Positions 15,001 through 30,000 of a DNA stretch of 64,000 bases are shown here, one piece after another. The notes under the pieces were generated by a model that was not told the DNA's origin, did no database searches, and worked only from the letters and a program-made list of their open reading frames with translations. The translations under genes and the position numbers were made by a program. The stretch's first letter is position 1. Every line of letters starts with the position of its first letter. The DNA is from Isurus oxyrinchus (Eukaryota): assembly GCA_026770705.1 (NCBI GenBank), contig JANJGN010000016.1, positions 87,792,001 to 87,856,000 on the forward strand, read 5' to 3'.

Positions 15001-18000
15001 GATCTCGGAATTGTATTTAGCATCAGCTACTTTACACGTGATCTCTTCTACACATGATCTCAGAATAGTATTTAGCACCAGCTACTTTACACGTGATCTC
15101 TTCTACACATGATCTCTGAATAGTATTTAGCATCAGCTTATTTACACGCGATCTCTTCTACACATGATCTCTGAATATAATTTAGCATCAGCGACTTTAC
15201 ACGTGATCCTTTCTACACGTGATCTCAGAATAGTATGTAGCATCAGGTAGCTTACACATGATCTCTTCCACACATGATCTCTGAACAGTATTTTGCATCA
15301 GCTTGTTTACAGGTGATCTGTTCTACACGTGATCTCTGAACAGTATTTAGCATCAGCTACTTTACACATGATCCCTTTTACACGTGATCACTGAATAGAA
15401 TTTAGCATCAGTTACTTAACACATGATCTCTTCTACACTTGATCTCTGAATAGTATTTAGCATCAGCTACTTTACACATGATCTCTTCTACACATGATCA
15501 CTGAATAGTATTTAGCATCAGTTACTTTACACATGATTTCTTCCACACGTGACCTCTGAATAGTATTTAGCATCAGCTACTTTACACGTGAACTCTTCTA
15601 CAGGTCATCTTTGAATATTATTTAGCATCAACAACTTTACACGTGATCTCTTCTACACGTGATCTCTGAATAGTATTCAGCATCAGCTACTTTACACGTG
15701 ATCTCTTCTACATGTGATCTCAGAATAGTATTTAGCATCAGCTACTTTACACGTGATCTCTTCTACACATGATCTCAGAATAGTATTTAGCACCAGCTAC
15801 TTTACACGTGATCTCTTCTACACGTGATCTCTGAATAGTATTTAGCATCAGCTTATTTACACGCGATCTCTTCTACACATGATGTCTGAATATAATTTAG
15901 CATCAGCGACTTTACACGTGATCCTTTCTACACGTGATCTCTGAATAGTATTTAGCATCAGCTTGTTTACACATGATCTCTTCTACACGTGATCCCTGAA
16001 TATTATTTAGCATCAGCTACTTTACACATGATCTCTTCTACACGTGTTCTCTGAATAGTATTTAGCATCAGCTAGTTTACACATGATCTCTTCTACACGT
16101 GATCTCTGAATAGTATTTAGCATCAGCTTGTTTACACGTGATCTCTTCTACACGTGATATCGGAATAGTATTTAGCATCAGCAACTTTACTCGTGATCTC
16201 TTCAACACAATATCTCTGACTAGTATTTAACTTCAGCTATCTTACACATGATGTCGTCTACACGTGATCACTTCTACACCTAATCTCTGAATAGTATTTA
16301 GCATCATATAGGTTACACATGATCTCTTCTATACCTGATCTCTGAATAGTATTTAGCTTCAGCTATCTTACACATAATCTCTTCTACACATGATCACTTC
16401 TACAACTGATCTCTGAACAGTATTTTGCATCAGTTACTTAACACGTGATCTCTTCTACACGTGATCTCAGAATAGTATTTAGCACAGATAGTTTACACAT
16501 GATCTCTTCTACACGTGTTCTCTAAGTAGTATTTAGCATCAGCTACTTTACACGTGATCTCTTCTACACGTTATGTCTGAATAGTATTTAGCCTCAGCTA
16601 CTTTACACGTGATCTCTTCTACACGTTATCTCAGAATAGTATTTAGCATCAGCTACTTTACACGTGATCTCTTCTACACGTTATCTCTGAATAGTATTTA
16701 GCATCAGCTACTTTACACGTGATCTCTTCTACACATGATCTCTGAATAGTATTTAGCACAGATAGATTACACGTGTTCTCTAAGTAATATTTAGCATCAG
16801 CTACTTTACACATTATCTCTTCTACACATGATCTCTGAATAGTATTTAGCATCATCTAATTTATACGTGATCTCTTCTACATGTCATCTCTGAATATTAT
16901 CTAGCATCAGCTACTTTACATGTGATCTCTTCTACACGTGATCTCTTCTATATGTGATCTCTGAATAGTATTTTGCTTCAGCTAGTTTACACGTGATCTC
17001 TTCTGCATGTTATCACTGAATAGTATTTAGCATCATATAGTTTACACATGATCTCATCTACACCTGATTTTTGAATAGTATTTAGCTTCAGCCAATTTAC
17101 TCGTGATCTCTTCCACACAAGATCTCTGAATAGTATTTAGCTTCAGCTATCTTACACATAATCTCTTCCACTCATGATCTCTTCTGCACCTGATCTCTGA
17201 ATAGTATTTTGCATCAGCTACTTAACACATGATCTCTTCTACACGTGATCTCTGAATAGTACTTAGCATCAGCTTGTTTACACGTGATCTCTGAACAGTA
17301 TTTAGCATCAGCTAGTTTACACATGATCTCTTCTACATGTGATCTCTGAATAGTATTTAGCATCAGCTTGTTTACACGTGATCTCTTCTACATGTGATCG
17401 CTGAATATTATTTAGCATCAGCTACTTTACACATGATCTCTTCTACACATGATCTCGGAATACCATTTAGCATCAGCTACTTTACACGTGATCTATTCTA
17501 CATGTGATCTCTGAATAGTATTTAGCCTCAGTTAGTTTACACATGATCTCTTCTACATGTGATCGCTGAATATTATTTAGCATCAGCTACTTTACATGTG
17601 ATCTCTTCTACACATGATCTCGGAATACCATTTAGCATCAGCTACTTTACACATGATCTCTTCTACACATGATCTCTGAATAGTATTTAGCACCAGCTAC
17701 TTTATACATGATCTCTTTACAAGTGATCTCTGAATAGTTTTCAGCATCAGCAAGTTTACACATGATCTCTTCTACATGTGATCTCTGAATAGTATTTAGC
17801 ACCAGCTAGTTTACACGTGATCTCTTCTACACGTGATCTCAGAATAGAATTTAGCATCAGCTACTTTACACGTAATCCCTTCTACACATGATCTCTGAAT
17901 AGTATTTAGCACCAGCTACTTTACACGTGATCTCTTCTACACGTGATCTCAGAATAGAATTTAGCATCAGCTACTTTACACGTAATCCCTTCTACACATG

Positions 18001-21000
18001 ATCTCTGAATAGTATTTAGCACCAGCTACTTTCCACGTGATCCCTTCTACACGTGATCACCGAATAGAATTTAGCATCAGCTACTTTACACGTGATCCCT
18101 TCTACACGTGATCACTGAATAGTATTTAGCATCAGCTACTTTACACGTAATCCCTTCTACACATGATCTCTGAATAGTATTTAGCACCAGCTACTTTACA
18201 CGTGATCTCTTCTACATGTGATCTCAGAATAGAATTTAGCATCAGCTACTTTACACGTAATCCGTTCTACACATGATCTCTGAATAGTATTTAGCACCAG
18301 CTACTTTACACGTGATCTCTTCTACACGTGATCTCTGAATAGTATTTAGCATCAGCTTATTTACACGCGATCTCTTCTACACATGATGTCTGAATATAAT
18401 TTAGCATCAGCGACTTTACACGTGATCCTTTCTACACGTGATCTCAGAATAGTATGTAGCATCAGGTAGCTTACACATGATCTCTTCCACACATGATCTC
18501 TGAACAGTATTTTGCATCAGCTTGTTTACAGGTGATCTGTTCTACACGTGATCTCTGAACAGTATTTAGCATCAGCTTGTTTACACATGATCTCTTCTAC
18601 ACGTGATCTCTGAACAGTATTTAGCATCAGCTTGTTTGCACGTGATCTCTTCTACACGTGATCTCTGAACAGTATTTAGCATCAGCTTCTTTACACATGA
18701 TCTCTTCTACACGTGATCTCTGAATAGTATTTAGCATCAGCTTGTTTACACATGATCTCTTCTACACGTGATCCCTGAATATTATTTAGCATCAGCTACT
18801 TTACACATGATCTCTTCTACACGTGTTCTCTGAATAGTATTTAGCATCAGCTAGTTTACACATGATCTCTTCTACACGTGATCTCTGAATAGTATTTAGC
18901 ATCAGCTTGTTTACACGTGATCTCTTCTACACGTGATATCGGAATAGTATTTAGCATCAGCAACTTTACTCGTGATCTCTTCAACACAATATCTCTGACT
19001 AGTATTTAACTTCAGCTATCTTACACATGATGTCTTCTACACGTGATCACTTCTACACCTAATCTCTGAATAGTATTTAGCATCATATAGGTTACACATG
19101 ATCTCTTCTATACCTGATCTCTGAATAGTATTTAGCTTCAGCTATCTTACACATAATCTCTTCTACACATGATCACTTTTACACCTGATCTCTGAACAGT
19201 ATTTTGCATCAGTTACTTAACACGTGATCTCTTCTACACGTGATCTCAGAATAGTATTTAGCACAGATAGTTTACACATGATCTCTTCTACACGTGTTCT
19301 CTAAGTAGTATTTAGCATCAGCTACTTTACACGTGATCTCTTCTACACGTTATCTCTGAATAGTATTTAGCATCAGCTACTTTACACGTGATCTCTTCTA
19401 CACGTGATCTCAGAATAGTATTTAGCATCAGCTACTTTACACGTGATCTCTTCTACACATTATCTCTGAATAGTATTTAGCATCAGCTACTTTACACGTG
19501 ATCTTTTCTACACATGATCTCTGAATAGTATTTAGCACAGATAGATTACACGTGATCTTTTCTACACGTGTTCTCTAAGTAATATTTAGCATCAGCTACT
19601 TTACACATTATCTCTTCTACACATTATCTCTGAATAGTATTTAGCATCATCTAATTTATACGTGATCTCTTCTACATGTCATCTCTGAATATTATCTAGC
19701 ATCAGCTACTTTACACGTGATCTCTTCTACACGTGATCTCTTCTATATGTGATCTCTGAATAGTATTTTGCTTCAGCTAGTTTACATGTGATCTCTTCTG
19801 CATGTTATCACTGAATAGTATTTAGCATCATATAGTTTACACATGATCTCTTCTACACCTGATAGCTGAATAGTATTTAGCTTCAGCCAATTTACTCGTG
19901 ATCTCTTCCACACAAGATCTCTGAATAGTATTTAGCTTCAGCTATCTTACACATAATCTCTTCCACTCATGATCTCTTCTGCACCTGATCTCTGAATAGT
20001 ATTTTGCATCAGCTACTTAACACATGATCTCTTCTACACGTGATCTCTGAATAGTACTTAGCATCAGCTTGTTTACACATGATCTCTTCTACATGTGATC
20101 TCTGAATAGTATTTAGCATCAGCTTGTTTACACGTGATCTCTTCTACATGTGATCGCTGAATATTATTTAGCATCAGCTACTTTACACATGATCTCTTCT
20201 ACACATGATCTCGGAATACCATTTAGCATCAGCTACTTTACACGTGATCTATTCTACATGTGATCTCTGAATAGTATTTAGCATCAGTTAGTTTACACAT
20301 GATCTCTTCTACATGTGATCACTGAATATTATTTAGCATCAGCTACTTTACATGTGATCTCTTCTACACATGATCTCGGAATACCATTTAGCATCAGCTA
20401 CTTTACACATGATCTCTTCTACACATGATCTCTGAATAGTATTTAGCACCAGCTACTTTATACATGATCTCTTTACAAGTGATCTCTGAATAGTTTTCAG
20501 CATCAGCAAGCTTACACATGATCTCTTCTACATGTGATCTCTGAATAGTATTTAGCACCAGCTAGTTTACACGTGATCTCTTCTACACGTGATCTCAGAA
20601 TAGAATTTAGCATCAGCTACTTTACACGTAATCCCTTCTACACATGATCTCTGAATAGTATTTAGCACCAGCTACTTTACACGTGATCTCTTCTACACGT
20701 GATCTCAGAATAGAATTTAGCATCAGCTACTTTACACGTAATCCCTTCTACACATGATCTCTGAATAGTATTTAGCACCAGCTACTTTCCACATGATCCC
20801 TTCTACACGTGATCACCGAATAGAATTTAGCATCAGCTACTTTACACGTGATCCCTTCTACACGTGATCACTGAATAGTATTTAGCATCAGCTACTTTAC
20901 ACGTAATCCCTTCTACACATGATCTCTGAATAGTATTTAGCACCAGCTACTTTACACGTGATCTCTTCTACACGTGATCTCAGAATAGAATTTAGCATCA

Positions 21001-24000
21001 GCTACTTTACACGTAATCCCTTCTACACATGATCTCTGAATAGTATTTAGCACCAGCTACTTTACACGTGATCTCTTCTACACGTGATCTCTGAATAGTA
21101 TTTAGCATCAGCTTATTTACACGCGATCTCTTCTACACATGATGTCTGAATATAATTTAGCATCAGCGACTTTACACGTGATCCTTTCTACACGTGATCT
21201 CAGAATAGTATGTAGCATCAGGTGGCTTACACATGATCTCTTCCACACATGATCTCTGAACAGTATTTTGCATCAGCTTGTTTACAGGTGATCTGTTCTA
21301 CACGTGATCTCTGAACAGTATTTAGCATCAGCTTGTTTACACATGATCTCTTCTACACGTGATCTCTGAACAGTATTTAGCATCAGCTTGTTTGCACGTG
21401 ATCTCTTCTACACGTGATCTCTGAACAGTATTTAGCATCAGCTTGTTTACACATGATCTCTTCTACACGTGATCTCTGAATAGTATTTAGCATCAGCTTG
21501 TTTACACATGATCTCTTCTACACGTGATCCCTGAATATTATTTAGCATCAGCTACTTTACACATGATCTCTTCTACACGTGTTCTCTGAATAGTATTTAG
21601 CATCAGCTAGTTTACACATGATCTCTTCTACACGTGATCTCTGAATAGTATTTAGCATCAGCTTGTTTACACGTGATCTCTTCTACACGTGATATCGGAA
21701 TAGTATTTAGCATCAGCAACTTTACTCGTGATCTCTTCAACACAATATCTCTGACTAGTATTTAACTTCAGCTATCTTACACATGATGTCTTCTACACGT
21801 GATCACTTCTACACCTAATCTCTGAATAGTATTTAGCATCATATAGGTTACACATGATCTCTTCTATACCTGATTTCTGAATAGTATTTAGCTTCAGCTA
21901 TCTTACACATAATCTCATCTACACATGATCACTTCTACACCTGATCTCTGAACAGTATTTTGCATCAGTTACTTAACACGTGATCTCTTCTACACGTGAT
22001 CTCAGAATAGTATTTAGCACAGATAGTTTACACATGATCTCTTCTACACGTGTTCTCTAAGTAGTATTTAGCATCAGCTACTTTACACGTGATCTCTTCT
22101 ACACGTTATCTCTGAATAGTATTTAGCATCAGCTACTTTACACGTGATCTCTTCTACACGTGATCTCAGAATAGTATTTAGCATCAGCTACTTTACACGT
22201 GATCTCTTCTACACGTTATCTCTGAATAGTATTTAGCATCAGCTACTTTACACGTGATCTCTTCTACACATGATCTCTGAATAGTATTTAGCACAGATAG
22301 ATTACACGCGATCTTTTCTACACGTTTTCTCTAAGTAATATTTAGCATCAGCTACTTTACACATTATCTCTTCTACACATGATCTCTGAATAGTATTTAG
22401 CATCATCTAATTTATACGTGATCTCTTCTACATGTCATCTCTGAATATTATCTAGCATCAGCTACTTTACACGTGATATCTTCTACACGTGATCTCTTCT
22501 ATATGTGATCTCTGAATAGTATTTTGCTTCAGCTAGTTTACACGTGATCTCTTCTGCATGTTATCACTGAATAGTATTTTGCATCAGCTACTTAACACAT
22601 GATCTCTTCCACACGAGATCTCTGAATAGTATTTAGCTTAGCTATCTTACACATAATCTCTTCTACACATGATCTCTTCTGCACCTGATCTCTGAATAGT
22701 ATTTTGCATCAGCTACTTAACACATGATCTCTTCTACACGTGATCTCTGAATAGTACTTAGCATCAGCTTGTTTACACATGATCTCTTCTACATGTGATC
22801 TCTGAATAGTATTTAGCATCAGCTACTTTACACGTGATCTCTTCTACACATGATCTCTGAATAGTATTTAGCACAGATAGTTTACACGTGATCTCTTCTA
22901 CACATGATCTCTGAATAGTATTTAACATCAGCTGCTTTACTCGTGATCTCTTCTATATGAGATCTCTGAATAGTATTTTGCTTCAGCTAGTTTACACATG
23001 ATCTCTTCTACACCTGATCTCTGAATAGTATTTTGCATCAGCTACTTAACACATGATCTCCTCTACACGTGATCTCTGAATACTATTTAGCATCAGATAG
23101 TGTACACGTGATCTCTTCTGCACCTGATCTCTGAATAGTATTTTGCATCAGCTACTTAACACATGATCTCTTCTACACGTGATCTCTGAATAGTACTGAG
23201 CAACAGTCTGTTTACACATGATCTCTTCTACATGTCATCTCTGAATAGTATTTTGCATCAACTAATTTACACGTGATCTCTTCTACACGTGATATCAGAA
23301 TACTATTTAGCTTCAGCAACATTACTCGTGATCTCTTCAACACAATATCTCTGACTAGTATTTAACTTCAGCTATCTTACACATGATCTCTTCTACAAGT
23401 GATCACTTCTACACCTGATCTCTGAATAGTATTTTGCATCAGTTACTTACCACATGATCTCTTCTACACGTGACCTCTGAATAGTATTTAGCACCAGCAA
23501 GTTTACACGTGATCTCTTCTACATTTGATCTCTGAATAGTATTTAGCATCAGCCACTTTACACGTGATCTCTTCTACACGTGATCTCTGAATAGTATTTA
23601 GCATCAGCTACTTTACACATGATTTCATCCACACGTGATCTCTGAATATTATTTAGCTTCAGCTACTTTACACGTGATCTCTTCTACACGTGGTCACTGA
23701 ATAGAATTTAGCATCAGTTACTTTACACATGATCTCTTCTACATGTCATTTCTGAATATTATTTAGCATCAGCTTATTTACACGTGATCTCTTCTACACA
23801 TGATCTCTGAATATAATTTAGCATCAGCTACATTACACATGATCCTTTCTACACGTGTTCTCGGAATAGTATGTAGCATCAGCTAGTTTAGACGTGAACA
23901 ATTCTACACATGATATCTGAATACTATTTAGCTTCAGCTTGTTTACACGTGATGTCTTCTACACGTGATCTCTGAATAGTATTTAGCATCAGATAGTTTA

Positions 24001-27000
24001 CATATGATCTCTTCTACACCTGATCACTGAATAGTATTTAGCACCAGCTAGTTTACTAGTGATCTCTTCTACATGTGATCTCCGAATACTATTTCGCTTC
24101 AGCTAGTTTACACGTGGTCTCTTCCACACATGATCTCTGAACAGTATTTTGCATCAGCTAGTTTGCACGTGATCTGTTCTACACGTGATCTCTGATAGTA
24201 TTTTGCATCAGCTAGTTTACACGTGATCTCTTCTGCACCTGATCTCTGAATAACATTTAGCATCAGCTAGTTAACATGATCTCTTCGACACGTGTTCTCA
24301 GAATAGTATTTTGCATCAGCTACTTTACACCTGATCTCTTCTACACGTGATCTATGAATAGTATTTAGCTTCAGTTACTTTGCACGTGATCTCTTCTATA
24401 CATGATCTCTGAATAGTATTTAGCATCAGATTGTTTACATGTGATCTCTTCTACACGTGATCTCTGAATAGTATTTAGCATCAGCTAGCTTACATTTGAT
24501 CTCTTCTACACGTGATCTCTGCATAGTATTTAGCATCAGCTTGTTTACACATGATCTCTTCTACATGTGATCTCTGAATAGTATTTAGCATCAGCTAATT
24601 TACACGTGATCTCTTCTACACGTGATCTCTGAATAGTATTTAGCATCAGCTTGTTTACATGTGATCTCTTCTACACGTGATCTCTGAATAGTATTTAGCA
24701 TCAGCTAGCTTACATTTGATCTCTTCTACACGTGATCTCTGCATAGTATTTAGCTTGTTTTCACGTGATCTCTTCTACATGTGATCTCTGAATATTATTT
24801 AGCATCAGCTACTTTACACGTGATCTCTTCTACACATGATCTCTGAATAGTATTTAGCACCAGCTACTTTACACGTGATCTCTTCTACATATGATCTCTG
24901 AATAGTATTTAGCACCAGCTACTTCACACGTGATCCCTTCTACACGTGATCACTGAATAGAATTTAGCATCAGCTACTTTACACGTGATCTCTTCTACAT
25001 GTGATCTCGGAATAGTATTTAGCATCAGTTACTTTACACATGATCTCTTCTACAGGTCATCTCTGAATATTATTTAGCACCAGCTTGTTTTCACGTGATC
25101 TCTTCTACACGTGATCTCTGAATAGTATTTAGCATCAACTACTTTACACGTGATCTCTTCTACACGTGATCTCTGAATATAATTTAGCATCAGCTACTTT
25201 ACACGTGATCTCTTCTACACATGATCTCAGAATAGTATGTAGCATCAGGTAGCTTATACGTGAACAATTCTACACGTGATATCTGAATAGTATTTAGCTT
25301 CAGCTACTTTACACGTGATCTTTTCTACACTTGATCTCTGAATATAATTTAGCATCAGCTTGTTTACACATGATCTCTTCCACACATGATCTCTGAACAG
25401 TATTTTGCATCAGCTTGTTTACAGGTGATCTGTTCTACACGTGATCTCTGAACAGTATTTAGCATCAGCTTGTTTACACATGATCTCTTCTACACGTGAT
25501 CTCTGAACAGTATTTAGCATCAGCTTGTTTACACGGGATCTCTTCTACACGTGATCTCTGAACAGTATTTAGCATGAGCTTGTTTACACATGATCTCTTC
25601 TACACGTGATCTCTGAACAGTATTTAGCATCAGCTTGTTCGCACGTGATCTCTTCTACATGTGATATCGGAATAGTATTTAGCATCAGCAACTTTACTCG
25701 TGATCTCTTCAACACAATATCTCTGACTAGAATTTAACTTCAGCTATCTTACACATGATGTCTTCTACACGTGATCACTTCTACACCTAATCTCTGAATA
25801 GTATTTAGCATCATATAGGTTACACATGATCTCTTCTATACCTGATCTCTGAATAGTATTTAGCTTCAGCTATCTTACACATGATCTCTTCCACACATGA
25901 TCTCTTCTGCACCTGATCTCTGAATAGTATTTTGCATCAGCTACTTAACACATGATCTCTTCTACACGTGATCTCTGAATAGTACTTAGCATCAGCTTGG
26001 TTACACATGATCTCTTCTACATGTGATCTCTGAATAGTATTTAGCATCAGCTTGTTTACACATGATCTCTTCTACATGTGATCTCTGAATAGTATTTAGC
26101 ATCAGCTAATTTACACGTGATCTCTTCTACACGTGATATCAGAATACTATTTAGCTTCAGCAACATTACTCGTGATCTCTTCAACACAATATATCTGACT
26201 AGTATTTCACTTCAGCTATCTTACACATGATCTCTTCTACAAGTGATCACTTCTACACCTGATCTCTGAATAGTATTTTGCATCAGTTACTTAACACATG
26301 ATCTCTTCTACACGTGACCTCTGAATATTATTTAGCATCAGCTAGTTTACATGTGATCTCTTCTACATGTGATCTCTGAATAGTATTTTGCATCAGCTGC
26401 TTTACACGTGATCTCTTCTACATGTGATCTCTGAATAGTATTTAGCATCAGCTACTTTACACGTGATCTCTTCTACAAGTGATCTCTGAATAGTATTTAG
26501 CATCAGCTACTTTACACGTGATCTCTTCTACACGTGATCTCTGAAAACTATTTAGCATCAGCTACTTTACACGTGATCTCTTCTACACGTGATCTCTGAA
26601 AACTATTTAGCATCAGCTAGTTTTCACATGACCTCTTCTACATGTGATCTCTTAAGAGTATTTAGCATCAGCTTGTTTACATGTGATCTCTTCTACACGT
26701 GATCTCTGAATAGTATTTAGCATAAGCTAATTTACATGTGATATCTTCTACACGAGATCTCTGAATAGTATTTAGCACCAGATAGTTTACACATGATCTC
26801 TTCTACACGTGATCACTGAATAGACTTTAGCATCAGCTGCTTTACACGTGATCTCTTCTGCACATGTTGTCTGAATAGTATTTAGCATCTGCGACTTTAC
26901 ACGTGATCTCTTCTACACGTGATCTCTGAATAGTATTTAGCCTCAGCTAATTGACACGTGATCTCTTCTACATGTGATCTCTGAATAGTATTTAGCATCA

Positions 27001-30000
27001 GCTACTTTACACGTGATCTCTTCTACACGTGATCTCTGATTGGTATTTAGCATCAGCTTGTTTACACGTGATCTATTTCTAAATGTGATCTCAGAATGGA
27101 ATTTAGCATCAGCTACATTACACGTGATCTCTTCTAAACATGATCTCAGAATAGAATTTAGCATCAGCTACATTACACGTGATCTCTTCTACATGTGATC
27201 TGTGAATAGTATTTAGCATCAGCTACTTTACCCGTGATCTCTTCTACACATAATCTCGGAATTGCATTTAACACCAGCTACTTTACACGTGATCTCTTCC
27301 ACATGTGATCTGTGAATAGTATTTAGCATCAGTTACTTTACACGTGATCTCTTCTACACATGATCTCAGAATAGCATTTAGCACCAGCTACTTTACACGT
27401 GATCTCTTCTACACATGATCTCTGAATAGTATTTAGCACCAGCTACTTTACACATGATCTCTTCTACATGTGATCTCAGAATAGTATTTAGCATCAGCTT
27501 GTTTACACATGATCTCTTCTACAAGTGATCTCTGAATAGTATTTAGCATCAGCTAATTTATATGTGATTTCTTCTACACATGATCTCTGAATAGTATTTA
27601 GCATCAGCTTGTTTACATGTGATCTCTTCTACACATGATCTCTGAATAGTATTTAGCATCATATAGGTTACACTTGATCTCTTCTACATGTGATCTCGGA
27701 ATATATTTAGCATCAGCTACTTTACACATGATCTCTTCTACACGTGATCTCTGAATAGTATTTAGCATCAGCTAATTTACATGTGATATCTTCTACACGA
27801 GATCTCTGAATAGTATTTAGCACCAGATAGTTTACACATGATCTCTTCTACACGTGATCACTGAATAGACTTTAGCATCAGCTGCTTTACACGTGATCTC
27901 TTCTGCACGTGTTGTCTGAATAGTATTTAGCATCTGCGACTTTACACGTGATCTCTTCTACACGTGATCTATGAATAGTATTAGCTTCAGCTAATTTACA
28001 CATGATCTCTTCTACACGTGATCTCTGAATAGTATTTAGCCTCAGCTAATTGACACGTGATCTCTTCTACATGTGATCTCTGAATAGTATTTAGCATCAG
28101 CTACTTTACACGTGATCTCTTCTACACGTGATCTCTGATTGGTATTTAGCATCAGCTTGTTTACACGTGATCTCTTCTAAACATGATCTCAGAATGGAAT
28201 TTAGCATCAGCTACATTACACGTGATCTCTTCTAAACGTGATCTCAGAATAGAATTTAGCATCAGCTACATTACACATGATCTCTTCTACATGTGATCTG
28301 TGAATAGTATTTAGCATCAGCTACTTTACCTGTGATCTCTTCTACACATGATCTCGGAATTGCATTTAACAACAGCTACTTTACACATGATCTCTTCCAC
28401 ATGTGATCTGTGAATAGTATTTAGCATCAGTTACTTTACACGTGATCTCTTCTACACATGATCTCAGAATAGCACTTAGCACCAGCTACTTTACACGTGA
28501 TCTCTTCTACACATGATCTCTGAATAGTATTTAGCAGCAGCTACTTTACATGTGATCCCTTCTACACGTGATCACTGAATAGAATTTAGCATCAGTTACT
28601 TTACACATGATCTCTTCTACATGTGATCTCTGAATAGTATTTAGCATCAGCTACTTTACACATGATCTCTTCTACACATGATCTCTGAATAGTATTTAGC
28701 ACCAGCTACTTTACACATGATCTCTTCTACATGTGATCTCAGAATAGTATTTAGCATCAGCTTGTTTACACATGATCTCTTCTACATGTGATCTCTGAAT
28801 AGTATTTAGCATCAGCTAATTTATATGTGATTTCTTCTACACATGATCTCTGAATAGTATTTAGCATCAGCTTGTTTACATGTGATCTCTTCTACACATG
28901 ATCTCTGAATAGTATTTAGCATCATATAGGTTACACTTGATCTCTTCTACATGTGATCTCGGAATATATTTAGCATCAGCTACTTTACACATGATCTCTT
29001 CTACACGTGATCTCTGAATAGTATTTAGCATCATCTAATTTATACGTGATCTCTTCTACATGTCATCTCTGAATATTATCTAGCATCAGCTACTTTACAC
29101 GTGATCTCTTCTATATGTGATTTCTGCATAGTGTTTAGCAACAACTACTATACACATGATCTCTTCTACACGTGATCTCTTCTACACGTGATCTCTGAAT
29201 AGTATTTTGCCTCAACTCGTTTACACATGATCTCTTCTACAAATGATCTCTGAATAGTATTTAGCATCAGCTTGTTTACATGTGATCTCTTCTATACCTG
29301 ATCTCTGAATAGTATTTAGCATCATATAGGTTACACATGATCTCTTCTATACCTGATCTCTGAATAGTATTTAGTTTAGCTATCTTACACATGATCTCTT
29401 CTACACATGATCTCTTCTGCACCTGATCTCTGAATAGTATTTTGCATCATCTGCTTAACACATGATCTCTTCTACACGTGATCTCTGAATAGTATTTAGC
29501 ATCAGCTTGTTTACACATGATCTCTTCTACATGTGATCTCTGAATAGTATTTAGCATCAGCTAATTTACACGTGATCTCTTCTACGCATGATCTCTGAAT
29601 AGTATTTAGCATCAGCTTGTTTACATGTGATCTCTTCTACATGTGATCTCTGAATAGTATTTAGCTTCAGCTAATTTACACATGATCTCTTCTACACGTG
29701 TTCTCTGAATAGTATTTAGCATCAGCTACTTTACACATGATCTCTTCTACACGTGTTCTCTGAATAGTATTTAGCATCAGCTACTTTACACATGATCTCT
29801 TCTACACGTGTTCTCTGAATAGTATTTAGCATCAGCTACTTTACACATGATCTCTTCTATACCTGATCTCTGAATAGTATTTAGCATCAGCTACTTTATA
29901 CATGATCTCTTCTACACGTGATCTCTGAATAGTATTTAGCATCAACTACTTTACACATGATCTCTGAATAGTATTTAGCATCAGCTACTTTACACATGAT

